From Rhodosorus marinus CCMP1338 (Eukaryota > Plantae > Rhodophyta), in contig JAMWBK010000004.1 of NCBI GenBank assembly GCA_029953675.1, forward strand, positions 3,127,942 through 3,191,941: a stretch of 64,000 bases of DNA. Reading direction: 5' to 3'. Of the stretch, positions 26,214 to 38,986 are shown piece by piece. The translations under genes and the position numbers were made by a program. Numbering within the stretch: the first letter of the stretch is position 1; every line of letters starts with the position of its first letter. The notes beneath the pieces were generated by a model. That model saw only the letters and a list, made by a program, of their open reading frames with translations, made no database searches and was not told the origin of the DNA.

Positions 26214-29145
26214 TGAATATCAGCCTTTCCAAAAGGTAAAGAAAAGCGAGAACCACTCAGAAACCGAGAGGAACTGAGAGCAGCTTCACCGTTCCATCCA
26301 GATTCAGTACAAGCGTCCATTGTTGAGCAAGTTGGTCGTCACCTGTCTAGGAACCTCCATCATAAGGGTTTTGCGCTTGTTGCTCCGGCGCTTGAAATTG
26401 GAGGTTAATAATGACAGGTGGTTGAAAAGAAACTCGTGCACGAGTTTCTGTTACGTTTGCTACGTGCATCTCCCCTCTAGGATTACATTAAGGTTGAAGT
26501 CCAATTCCGATTTCTAGGAGGGCAATGAGGTACGAATCGAATTGCGAGCGTTGCGCTATACCAAGAGCATGGGGTAGACAGTTGTTGTTGCTGCCACTCA
26601 CGCGGAGCTAGGTACTCCGCTAATGATAGGGAACTACTATGCTGAGGTTTGACCTAGATCTCTGGGGAAAACCAGGGCTTTATCCAGCACTAGCTTGAGT
26701 CAGGTTCAGCACGAACCTGAGAAGCTCAAGGGTGTACATCGGAATGTTGTTTGTACAGGCATCTCCTTGATTGCCTCCGTTATCGTTTCCGGATCATCTC
26801 CTACCCTCAATCACTCCCTTCGGTTTCGCTTGCTGTCTTCGGAACTCGCCAAGCTCATTCGGCAACCCCATCCAAAACTTGAGTTCAAGGAGTCCAAGCG
26901 ATCTGCAAGGTTGAAAACCAATGTCCGAGTCTCAGTGGACCTCTATGGAATATGAACCCTTTAAACAAGCGTCCGGCTCTTGCAAGAGCGTTCTACATTG
27001 ATAGTCGGAAAGTCGTTCGGACTGTGAACGCTGCTTTTTGTCATAACCCCGTCTCAGATCCCCCTAGGTCGGACGGCGTTTCCATACTCAGAGTAACACA
27101 TCTGGATCATCAGGAAGTTTGTGCCTTCGCATGCTCCACTGAAGAAACGCCTTCGTGCACCTTCGGACTACATAGAACACGACACATACACTCTACAAAG
27201 CTCAACTAAGGTAGACGGGCATGTACTTGCCCAAAAACACGTAGCCGACCCAAAATGAAACGCAAGAGATGCGTCCTCCATTGCGATGAGCTTGTGAGGA
27301 GGAGCTCGCGTCGCTATGCAGTGGCAGCAGCTACAGAAGCGGACGAAGGATTGGAGCGAACGACAACATTTAGCAGAGCACCTATCCGTATCGGACGTCG
27401 TTTCTAATCGACTACGACTGTGTCTTCGAAGATGGCTTCTGCTGAGATTGGGAGATGCTGCTGAGCCTGACCAAGATCAGGATCTCCTGTTGTGGGGTAC
27501 CCTTTAGCAATCACCCTTTTGCAAGAAATCTGCTCAAGCATTTAGAACTCCGCCATTGGCCAGCTGACAACCATTAGCCACATGTTAGCATCTGTCATCC
27601 AATTACAGTTCTGTACTAATAGAGAACCCCCTTTGGCGGGAAAATTGGGCACTCATTCCTCTCTAGCAGCTTCTCTTCATGCGGTTGTAGTCAATGGGTT
27701 TAGCCGAATGCTGGCCCCGGGGGGATCCAATTGACTACTATCCGGAGCTTGTCGGCCATGGAGCTGGAGGGTAAAAACGCAAGCGCGGTCTGTTTTACAT
27801 GGGCAAACTAATCCGACCAGAGACACTGAGCATGTTCGGCAACGGGAGATCGTTTAGGTGCTGCACAAGAGTATTCCGCAAGAACTGGAGAAGGAATTTC
27901 GTAAGATGCAAGAGCAATTGAGAGCGGAATAATGACGTCGGGTCAGCAATGTAGCCAACTTAAGCCTTTTTACTGCGGTTTCCTCCGGTTGAGAACTTGT
28001 TTCTCCACCTACGTAGGAGGATGCAGGAGTCCTAAACGGAATAACGGCCTCGTTTTTGTTTCTGAACTTCTTGGTGGTTCAACCCTCCGACTCCTCCATT
28101 TGCTGGCCCAGGCTCGTTAAGAGTGCCCAACCTCCCCCTGTGCATGGCATGAAACATGCTCAATGTCACTATGCATAGCATTTTCGAGAGTGCGGCTGTT
28201 CAGGCCGAATTTCGCGAGAAAATCTTGTTGGTATTTATTCATATTGGATATTGTACTAATCAATATTGGTTCGCACCCGGGGGTAACCTTGTTGCTCTTT
28301 TGCGCGAAGCGGCAGTGAGGGGTTCGGGCCCGAATCCTTTAGTGAATTGTAATAAAGTGGGTTCGGGGCATGCCCCATGCTCATTCAGGTATGCCCCCGC
28401 TGCCTCACGGGAAGACTGGAGCAGATTTCTCGAGTTTTGATGCAACCATATCGACGATTCCAAAGGTCTACCCAAAATGTGCCCCGAAAACAAGGGCGAC
28501 CCATCGAATTTGGGTTAGTATCGACGACAGGGATTCGATCTTATCGGGGATATGCCCCAATGCCCCAATGCCCCACCCTGATTTTAGCCGATAACTGTGG
28601 AACCCCTTTCACCCCCCTCTTCAATTTGCCGAGAGGTAACAGCGTTGTCCGGGGGTTTAGACAAAGGTGAGCTAGTATTGCGAACCATTGCTACCTTGGG
28701 AGGCTGATTCTGCCAAGGGAAAATCCTAAATGCAACCCCAGGCAACTCTTAAGGATTGGGAGAGACTTCCAATCTCAGGTGAACAGCGGCAGTATCGACT
28801 AGGAAGGAGCAAGTGGAGCGAGGAAATTTTTGCATTCTGCAGGACGTCATTTTGTGTGCTTACAGTCAAAAATTTCTGAAGAAGTCTTGAAGTGGGAGAG
28901 AACTGAGTGGAATTGACTTTCCAGGATCACGCGTTCCTGACAATTGTACCTGCCCGCAGTCGTCTACGCCAGACCACAGTCGAGAAACTCTGTGGAACAG
29001 AGGCACAAATGATTCCTGGAGCCTAAAAACTAGTGCTCAAAAATAAGAGGTACATCGGATAATTAGCTAAGGAGCTACGTTAGGCCCGGTACTCGGAATT
29101 GAGGCGCGGATTGCATGAGGATAGTTTGCTGTGGAGGATAGAGCA

Positions 29146-31647
29146 ATGAAGAAGGACGGCCGGAACGGAAACATCAAGACCGACGAAGTGAAGAGAGCCT
29201 ATTTTAGCGCCAACCCTCCAGAAACAAATGAAGCCCATGACCTTGAGGAGCACGAGCTTGAGGCGAGGTCTTCAATGGTCCGTAGGCAGGTGAGCGTTCT
29301 CAAGGCTTCTCCTTCAGTCGGGCTGAGTGTCTGAGTGATGCCCCGGCGGACTGTGATGCTAACCTCTTTGTGATTATGACTTCTTTCAGACTCTTACAAG
29401 CGGATACGGAGCTACGAATAATGAAGAGGTAGGAAAGCTGCCCTCTGTCCCATCTTAGCGTTAAAGCTGACGCGTTTTACACCCGAACGCTGCAAGAATG
29501 GACACGTCGCGGACGTTGGATGAGACGCTCTTCGCAAGGTCAATGGGCAAGCCTCGTGAATATTTTTGAGAGCGCGCGCTGATGTACTTTTCTCATATTG
29601 ACACAGATTTCGAAGCAAGCCGTTGAAGTCCAGAGGGTCAATTCGAATCCTGTTTATTCAAATCTGCCGGTAAGCAAAAATCTTTACGTATTGATGCTAG
29701 AGCAGGACTGGCATTTATTTTCTCCTAGCTGTGTTTGTTGATCATCTACGGACTCCTGTTGGGCGTCGCCAGTTGCAAGGAAACGATTTTAGAGTCTTTT
29801 TCCACGGCGCTCTTCAGGCAGCATTGAGGGCATTCGGCCACGACCAGCTGACGCAGTGAATTGGCGTATTTCTCTTTTGCAGTGCGCGGATGAAAAAACG
29901 TTCTTGAGGGGAGATAGGAGTCGCGCAGGTGGGAAGCAAAGCGCAGGGAAACGGTTGAGCTCTGGATATGGGGGTGGCCATGTTCACATGTCACAGGTTG
30001 GAGTTTGTTCAACAACGAATCCGCGTCGTGCCGAAAAGAACTAAACTTCAAAATTTCTCCACCGGATTACAAAGATTTCCCAATACACCGAAGGTGTTCG
30101 GGATGGACTCAGCGGACTCGAGGGCTATTGGTCAACCTTGAACTACCTATTGATATTTGTGCCGCTTGGGATATTAACTGGGTTTTTTGGCGCGCCGAAG
30201 GTGATGCGTAGCCCTCAAGCTCCCCATCAGGAAGCCAGGAGCCTATGATTTCGGTCATAAGCACCTGTCTTCATTGATGGGGGCCACGCATTATCCTCAT
30301 TCGCTATTATGAGGACCCTCATGTCTCATCGAAGATTGCGCTAACGTTCTTGCTCCTCGTTCACTCCATTACGGACTTGGCTTGATCATGTAGGTGCTGG
30401 TTTTCATTCTCAATTTTGTTGGATGTGTACCGCTTGCGACTATCTTGGGAAAAGCCACTGAGGACCTGGCAACTCATACGAACGCGACTGTGGGGGGCTT
30501 GTTAAATGCCACTTTTGGGAATGCAGTTGAGATTATTCTCTCGATTGCAGCTCTCCGTCAAGGTCTTCTAGATGTCATTCGGTACACACTTGTGGGTAAG
30601 CGTTCCATAGAAGCTCGAGTAGTTGAATGGACCCGATTAACGGAGATGGACTATATACCATGTTTTTGAAGGTTCGATCCTTTCAAATCTTTTGCTCGTG
30701 CTCGGGAGCTCGTTTTTCTTTGGCGGTCTTATTTATCGTGAGCAAGAGGTACACAAAGTTGTCGCGGAGTCGAACGCGGACCTCCTTGTCGCAGCTTCGT
30801 TCGGCTTCGCTTTGCCTTCCGTGTTTGGAGTCGCGCTACCGGAAGGGAAAGGCCATGAGCGCGTCGCGGAGATTTTTTCACTTGTAACTGCTGTCTGTTT
30901 GCTCTTGATATACGCGATGTTTCTATACTTTCAGCTTTTTACACACTACGATAGCTATTTGGATGAAGAGGATGAGGAAGCAGGCGGTTCAAGGGTTTCA
31001 GTAACTGATCCAACAGCAGTTGAAAGCGAATCGCTTGACGGTGGTGAAGAGGAAGTGGAAGCTGACGATGAAGAAGAAGTCGTGGCTTCGTTTAACGTGG
31101 CTTTTGGGATTCTTCTGGTTGTGGTTGTTCTTGTTAGCATATGCTCGGAATATATCGTATCATCGATTTCAGAATTCTCTCAGGCAGCTGGCCTTGGCCA
31201 GACGTTTGTTTCGATCATTTTTCTTCCGGTGATCGGTAATGCAGTGGAACATTTCAGCGCGGTAATGGTATGAATACGTCCGAAGAGTTTTGAGTGCACT
31301 TGTTCATTTATTGTTCTGCTCCGCGTCTTACTGTTCGTGATTTGGTCCGCGTTTTCCTGAAGGTGGCCATGAAAGACAAAATGGACCTGAGCATTGGTAT
31401 CGCTTGCGGGAGTAGCGTGCAGATTGCCGCCTTCGCCTCGCCCGTGATGGTAATTCTATCATGGATCTTTGGGCAAAATCACTTAACCCTTGACGTGGGA
31501 ATATTCAATTCTATATGCATAGTGATGAGTGTTTTCCTGGTGAATACGACCATGAGGGATTCTCAGACTAATTGGCTGGAGGGAGCATTGCTTCTGACTG
31601 TGTACGTCGTTATCGGCTGCGCTCTCTTTCTTTTTGACCAAGTTTGA
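29146..31647 (+). CDS. CAX: Ca2+/H+ exchanger (CAX, CaCA superfamily), multi-exon
   Basis: GGLLNATFGNAVE and LPVIGNAVEH alpha-repeats, acidic loop, GSSVQIAAF, NWLEGALLL. 5' exons are less certain. Confidence 0.9.
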
Positions 31648-32371
31648 GGAGTTTTGCATGAATTGAGTGTTCAAAAATGCGAAAGAAAAACTAGGTAGTT
31701 CCTGCTGTTCTTAATCTCTTGATTGTAAAGCGTCCAAAATGTGTATAGTTTCTTGCCCCCCCATCCTTCGGATCAGCGCGACGCAGCCCGTCCTTTTTTC
31801 TACATCCTCCTCCTCAATCACCAGACTTTCGTCGGGGAGGGGAGGCATTCTAGTCCAAAGCGAAACGTTCACTTCCACGTTCGCCCCGTTCTTATCTGCC
31901 CGTATTCCAATTGCTCACCGCAAGTCGTCGCAGCCCCAGGGAAGCATGCAAAGAGCACCTCGAAATCAGTATTTGCGTTATTTGCTGACCGTCACCTTAC
32001 CGCCTTGGGCGCAATACCCGAAGAGATCACAAGACATCGGGCTATCATAATCCCTGACTATATCCTAACCTAAGGGAGTTCCTCAAGCTGCTACCAAATC
32101 GACTCACACAAACCGTCTGCATCCTAATTCGTCGGCTTTACCTGGTGCACTAACGCCTATATTCAGGTGTCAGCGATAATCAAGTCGGATTGAAGAGGTA
32201 ATCGCGTTGGTAAGAGTTCCGTGAGAGCCACAACATTGAATCCAAGCCATGAGGGTCGAGTGGAGCTTTCCACTGTCATTTCTTATTTCTTGGAACCGCT
32301 TTCAAAAATGGTTTATTCATGAGGTCAAGCTGTGCAGGGGTGAAACCTGAAGGTGCACTTAGCCGACTAAA

Positions 32372-33975
32372 ATGAATCTCGATGGACGCATTGTGGTCAC
32401 AGGGGACGATCTTGGCCTTCTCAAAGGTACGAATCGAGTTTGGTTCTTGTGACATATAACTGTAGGCTGTAACAGTTGCGACTGTGCACCTAAATTTCAA
32501 GTTCGTATTCCACGCAGCTATCGATGTTGGAAGTGGCAAGGTAGTGTTCCAAACCAGCATTTCGTCTGCGGATGACCGGAGGAGAGTAGCTGTGACACAT
32601 CTTAGCCGTACGGGAGCGAGAGATAATATTGTTGTATGTACTTCGGACGGTGCTATTCATCAGCTGCTCAACTTCCGAGATGTTGCAACTGTGCCTGGAC
32701 GTCTTGAAGGTGGTACTGTAGGCATTGGCGAGCTTGATGAGCATCGAGCCCTGCTTTGTTCGCCGGCCGGAGAGTTACACTTTCTTCAGGATAAGATCCT
32801 GATCCCCTCGAGTATGACCGTTGGGAACAACATTCAGTGCATGCAGACTTCTCAAAAGGAAAGAATCTTAGCTGTCGCTGGAAAGGAGCAGGAACTAGAG
32901 CTGTGGGACTTGCAACATGAGAAGAGTACCTTCAGGTGGGTAATTTACCATTGTTCTTGCTGGGTTGCTTGAACTCCTGATCTCCCGGGAGAGGGGCTGA
33001 GATTTGTCGCGCGATCTATGGCTGTGTATTGCTCAAAGTCGTCGGGAAGCTCATGTCTAAAGATTACGTTCTACCCCTTTCATTCACATGATAGAGCGAA
33101 AAACGTTGCTTCAGACGAACTTGGCCTTAGGGTCCCAGTGGACAACCGGTGTATTGCTTTTACTTCCAAGGAAGACACCAAGATTGTGGCTGTTGGTACT
33201 GGACTTGGCCGCCTTAGGCTTTACGACACTCGGTGAGTGCAATCTTTGAAAACTCAAGTCCTTTGCACAGTGTGCTGGCTGAGGCCTTTGCTGACGAAAT
33301 TGGTTGCCTTTGCACGATTATTGGATCCTTACCCGCCGCTTCTAATCTAGATGCGGTCAAAGGCGCCCAGTCCAGGACCTGGACACCAGTTTGAATCGTC
33401 GGAACGGAATTCCGTCGGCTTGCACGGCAATAGATGTGTGGAACCGGAGTGAACCTGGATCTGTGGTGGTAAGAAATTTGAGCTAGACTATGTGAAGTCG
33501 GAAGCTTCGGTTTTGAAAGCTATTCACGATTCCCACTGTTGTGCGTGGACTGCAGGTGGCTACAGGTGATGGGGACTTACGAGCTTTCGACCTTCGATCG
33601 AAGCAGGTCCAAGGCGTTTTTCGTGGTCACTCGGGTTCAATCAAGACGATTAGAAGTCACCAGTCGGAGCCGCTACTGGCAAGCGGCGGCTTCTCTCGCT
33701 TCCTGCTTATCCACGACGTAAAATCCCGGGCACAGCTTGCAAAGGTAATACGACTAGTCTTCTCCGTTCTTCGTTGCATTTAGTTCTTTCAGCTTTGACA
33801 GATACTTGTGTGGACACAGGTGTACGTGATCAATCGAGTTATGGGGGTTGTCTGGGCCCCAGAAAATTCCGGGAAGCAGTTGGCCTCAAAGCTACCCGCC
33901 GACGTGAATCTTAGCCGAGGATCGAGCTTGACTCACTCTCAACCTAAGAAGCGGAGATCTGAGTCCAGCAGGTGA
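32372..33975 (+). CDS. WDR74: WDR74/Nsa1 WD40 ribosome biogenesis factor, multi-exon
   Basis: VTGDDLGLLK, AVAGKEQELELWDL, AKNVASDELGLRVPV, LRLYDTR, VFRGHSGSIKTI, ASGGFSRFLLIHDV. Confidence 0.88.
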
Positions 33976-34366
33976 TGTTCCAATTGTTGTGGTGGGGTGT
34001 GGCGCTTCTCAAATTAGATTTGACTGGAATTGCACATGGAATGCATCGTCCAGTAGTCCCGGATGGGCCTGGCCTCGCTGTTTGAACGAGAGTTGTTGCC
34101 GCGGAAGACTGGAATGAGAGTTCGTAGAAAAGCAGCCGCGGCCTGGGAGTCTTTTTATGCAGTTTCCAGACTGGCTGAAAAACGACAAGCAGTTCAAGGG
34201 CAGGGCCACCGCAGCCTGTTCAAGTTGAGATCTCGGCAATACTTGCAAGATGTCAAGCTCCACGATCCGAACGGAAGGAATTCTTCATGTTTGCTATGTA
34301 AAATATCCCCTTGACGGCCAAGCTGTCACCGCCCACCTCAAACGAGCCGGTTTGAGTCCACGAATA

Positions 34367-35178
34367 TTACCGCCTTGTGTAGCAACTTTGTGAGAGGAAA
34401 GCATTACTCCCATTCCTCAAGCCTTTGCTTTTCAGCATCGTCGAGAATTTTCTTTGAAAAGGAGAACGGGATCAACGCTTCAAGCGTAGTTCGTCGTATT
34501 CGACCACTCGGCTGCATCATGTACACGTCCATGTTTCCAAACTCGGACAAAACTTGCCTGCACGCACCTGGGCGGAACATGAGGCCAGAGCTTTAGCCAG
34601 ATGCTAAATTAAGGTTCATAGCTCTTGAAGCGCAACCGCAGACATGGTTAGATACTTGAGTCTCACCACATGGGTAAATGAATTCCTCTGAATGGTCAGA
34701 GGTAACGACGATGGCCTTGAAATTTCTCTCGCCATTGCTCGCAGCCTAGGGTTGACGACGGATGGTATGGAAGATTAGCTGTTTCAAGTAAAGATGAAGA
34801 AATTGGTCTACGGCTTCATCCTTGCGTACTTTGAACAAAGCAGTACGCTCTGCGCATATAGTCAAACCGTACGAAGAATTTTCGACGTTACATCCACCAT
34901 ATGTATCCCCGCTTGAGGCAAGGAGAGCCGCTCCAACCCGATAGTTTGAGTAAGGCGAGTACCTGAAAAGACACAACTTGTAGGTGAAAAACCGAGGCCT
35001 AAGATCGGATTTCGAAATACCGCGCGATCCCAAAGATTTGGAGGGACGTTGACACGCATTTGATGCAACCGGAGAAGATGAGATCTTACGCTTTCAATTT
35101 CGCCTTGTCGGCAACTGCCATGAGTTGATCCAGCTCTTCCTCGTCTAACGACGGAGCAGTACTACTTTCTAGCTCCAT
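34367..35178 (-). CDS. CDA: Cytidine deaminase (homotetrameric type), multi-exon
   Basis: [49 protein letters not shown]. Confidence 0.92.
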
Positions 35179-35596
35179 TCAGTTGCTTATTCGTTTTACT
35201 TCGCTACGCTTTCTCCACCTCGCGAGCAATCACCAAACCGGTAACCACGCAAGCCGATTTTCGGGCCTAAGCCGGTCCTGGAGCACAATATTGGGGTTTA
35301 AACTACTAAAATGCACATCATTTCGGGATTTCCGTTGCGAGCCTGTATTCCTGGGCTGGTTCGTACCCTTGCAATTAAGTTCGATTCCTCGCCGCCTCTG
35401 CTCGACCAATTCCTTGGGTTTTGTCTAGTTGTTTGCACTGTGTCACCATTGCTGCAACATGTGCCGCTATCGGCGAAGTCAAGCCGTGAACACCCATGCC
35501 CATTGAGAGTTCGTCGAGAACCTCCTAAACAGAAGGTACCCTTAATTATCTGAATTCTATTTCTACTCGGAACAAGTGGTAACATTGTCTGGGGTT

Positions 35597-36182
35597 CGCG
35601 GTGGCTGAACCAATGTCAATTTCGGGAGATCATGCAGGAGCCAACAGACTACTTCGAGAACTATGACAAGAGGCCGCCACCAGGTGGCCATCCACCCGAG
35701 AACGTGGCAGGGATTCGCAATTGATGTGCTGTGGGCTCGCCACTACATAGCAGACGGCTTCCACTGGGCTGAGAAACAAATGCAATTGGAGCCAAGCATG
35801 CGGAGCACTGAAAACTCGCACATTACAAGGAGGCAATATCGATTGAGCACCCGGACGATACATGCACACCGATCGCGATCGAGACATTTAGACGGATAGG
35901 AGAGATCACACAAGAGTTTCTTCGGGTAGGATGCAGTCATATGATGACAAAGATCGAGGAGCTGAGCAACGTACGCGCTCAGATAAACGGGACGCTTTGG
36001 GAAAGGAACGAAGAGCTTGCATTAGCAGCTCTTCGTGTGGATCAGTGGGACCAGCCGCTGATTCCGTAATTTTCTCTTTATCGTAGCTAGAGACCAGGGG
36101 GTGCGGGGTTATGCCATCCTTTCTGTAGATAGTGATCCAATTGGTGTTGCCCTGCATTAGGCAGCTGCCCAATAAAGGATAC
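35597..36182 (+). mobile_element. Decayed 5'-truncated relic of the telomere-targeting CRE-like element (endonuclease region plus 3' UTR)
   Basis: Aligns to WLNRWNF..EQEP..YFENY..RPD..HPRT..AIDV. Preceded by GTCTGGGGTT; ends CTGC-ATTAG-GCAG...AATAAAGGATAC. Confidence 0.8.
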
Positions 36183-37044
36183 AGCTACTAACAATGCATG
36201 CTAGTCGCAATAGAACCGATCACGCCAGCAATGAGACCTGAAAAATGACGGTGACGTGGGCGTTTCTACACGGCAATTTCCCGTCGAAAAGTGATCGTCG
36301 CCTGCTCACCACCATCTGGGTCACCATCATCTAGGGTATTGGTTGAGCGTCAGCCTAAACTACCTACATGGCGAAGCTTTGGATACAGGACAGCCTACAT
36401 AGACAGGTACGCAGCGGTGATAAAACTCCGATTGAGCTGATCAAGTTTCTTTCTGCCAAGACCAATTGCAGGTTTGTCACGAGCTCCGCTTTATTCCCAT
36501 GGATGCTACTCTGCCAATTGCGGGATGACAACAGGTGCTAACAGGACTAACGTAACCCACGAGGCCTTGATTGCTGTGGTTCCGGCTTGCTGAAGAATCG
36601 AAATCCCCGGAAGGAATTCATGAGTTGCCTACATGCACATATGACAGAACCGTGATCGCACGGGCCGATTCTATTCTTTATATGCAAACAATGTGCAACA
36701 GAAAGCTACAGGTGCGCATCACCTAGAACTTGCGAGCGGAATGTTTTGTAGTAGAAAAGTTCTGGCAGCGTGGCGAGTACACAGATTCCCAGTTCTGCGT
36801 TTTTAAAGTAGGTGATTACAACTTTTGGATGCTGCTGGTTTGCAATCGAAAGACATAGGTAGGTACCAGAATAATGTGAATGAGTAAAGCGTTCCCGCAT
36901 GATAGCGTCGGTGCTATGTGATCATTCACAGTGGTGAACAGTTATAAGTAGGAACAAAACATAACCGGATTTCCATTTATAAATCCTAGCGCGACATTAT
37001 AAGCTCCTAAGAAAGAAACAATTTAGCAGAAGCGCAGGAAACAA

Positions 37045-37374
37045 TTACTTGTTCTGATCGGCTTCCCTCCTCTTCCTCAGGTACTCCTCGAAGGAATCAG
37101 CCTTGTGGATTGCCTTCTGTTTTCCCTTGGGATCATTGGGATCAATTCTAGTCGGTTCCGGGTCACGAGTTGCCTCACCACCTATGGGATAACCAAGAAA
37201 TCAGTCCATTAGTCTCAAGAGAGCCAGTCATCTTAAAATCTATGGGACCACTGGTCACAAGCCCAGCCTACCTCCAAAACCCTTGCCGTCCATGACAACT
37301 ACAAGCGATCTCTGGCAAGTTGCGGAAGCATTCTTACTTGCCACATTGGGCCCAAATCCAGCAATGAAAGCCAT
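37045..37374 (-). CDS. Small (79 aa) plastid-targeted protein, two exons (37272-37374 and 37045-37181); not in ORF track
   Basis: Spliced product MAFIAGFGPNVASKNASATCQRSLVVVMDGKGFGGGEATRDPEPTRIDPNDPKGKQKAIHKADSFEEYLRKRREADQNK*. GT-AG intron keeps frame (240 nt CDS). Confidence 0.8.
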
Positions 37375-38881
37375 TTCTTCCGATATCACTCAAAGCACAA
37401 CAGCAACCTCTATGGAACACTCTTCTATGAAATCTGTGAATCACCTTCGCCTCTAGCTCCCACCCCTCTCCCACCGCCACCGGTGGATCGCAATTTATGG
37501 TATCCGAGGACCTTCGAAATCCCGCAAATCAAAGCCAAAATTCCCTTCGAAATTGAGTGGTCGGAGTGAGTGGTGGGAGTTCATCAAGCAACAGTGCAAA
37601 AACAGGATTCTGCCATAAATTAAAAACATTCGATATCCTCACGTTCGAACGCACCGAAGCCGAACCCACCGTATCAAGAAAAAAAGTTCTTCCCATAATA
37701 TTTCAACGTTTCACCTGGCGCTTGAAAGATTTGAGTTTTCATGGGATGAATCTCCACCATTCGAGATCCTTGCTCATAGCGGCAAATATGGGTATGTCAT
37801 GTCTGCGCGAATCTAACTGAGAACTTGGGGGGGGGGCAGGAGGAAAATGGGATGGGGCTTTTGCCCACCCCACCAAGGTACTTTGCCTTTTGGCAGTACC
37901 TTGGTTCATGCAAAGCAACGGCCGCGGGGGATGATTCAACAGGTAGCTGTGGAAACGGACTTCCAAAAACGTGAACACCTGAGGGACGAGCAATGCCTCG
38001 ATGAGAACTCCATCCCCGCTCCCTGCGATACGTTCGCATGTTGCTCTGGGTAAGTAGCATTGTTCTACTGAGGATAGTAGAGAGAATGCCCAGAAAGACA
38101 GCACTGGGCCCTCACACATATCTTCACAACTAGACAACTGTTCAGCTAGGCATCGCGCTTTGGAAGGCGTCCAGTTGAGCTCACATGCATTGTAGGAGTA
38201 CATTTTTGCATTCTTGACTGCCAATACATACTCAACGGATTTCTGACTCTAGACTAGAATAGGAAAAGCACGCGAACCAAGAGCTTCGAGTTGGTACCAA
38301 AAAAAAATCCATGCTCGGTCAACCAGACGGAGTTTCAAGCGATTGGACTATGTGATCTTTTACGAACTATGGACCCGCCATCTAACATTCCTGGCCGAGC
38401 AATCCAATTCGTCTAGGCGAGGTGCGTTCCCACCCTACGACACTATTTTCCTCATTCCGGAAAGATTTAGAACTAGTCCCAGAATAATTTCCCCGTCGGG
38501 AGCTCAGAAGTCAAAGAATGATTAGGGAATCAACGCCAACAAGTCCTAGCCCCGATTCTGAACATCGAGCTTGCTCACCCAGATAAGCGCATCGGGGTCA
38601 AAAAAATCTAGCGGATAAGATCATTAGCAACGCTTAGCAGTACCTCTAATCCAGGCATTCTGCACCGTCCCCAAAACCACACACAACGAACCCCACCCAG
38701 CCAACGGCTGAAGCCCGTGGAAAAAAATCGACGACCACACGAAGTCTCAGAAAACGAATTATCACTTGACATTGTGGCTACAAAACCCAACCAATTAAAA
38801 CAGAACAAGTATAGCTAAGAAATAAAATCAGAAAACTCTTATCCAATGAAATCAACCAACGTTTTAGGGTTTATGTAGCGT

Positions 38882-38986
38882 GGTTAGTCTGGGGTTGCGG
38901 TAGTCTGGGGTCAATCGTTTTCAATGTTTTTAATCTGGCTTACTAACATGCAAAAAAGTGTTTAAAGTCCCTGCGCTCTGGGGTTA
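38882..38986 (+). repeat. Degenerate interstitial telomeric repeats
   Basis: GGTTAGTCTGGGGTTGCGGTAGTCTGGGGT at 38882-38911 and CTCTGGGGTTA at about 38976-38986. Confidence 0.8.

Noticed and set aside
26300-29100. Gene-poor stretch with GC-rich short palindromes and GCCCCAAT repeats (about 28550-28580)
   Set aside because: No TIR/TSD pair, coherent ORF or RNA-gene structure could be established.
37739-38224. 161-aa minus-strand ORF near the subtelomere border
   Set aside because: Non-ATG start, no recognisable motif or splice support.
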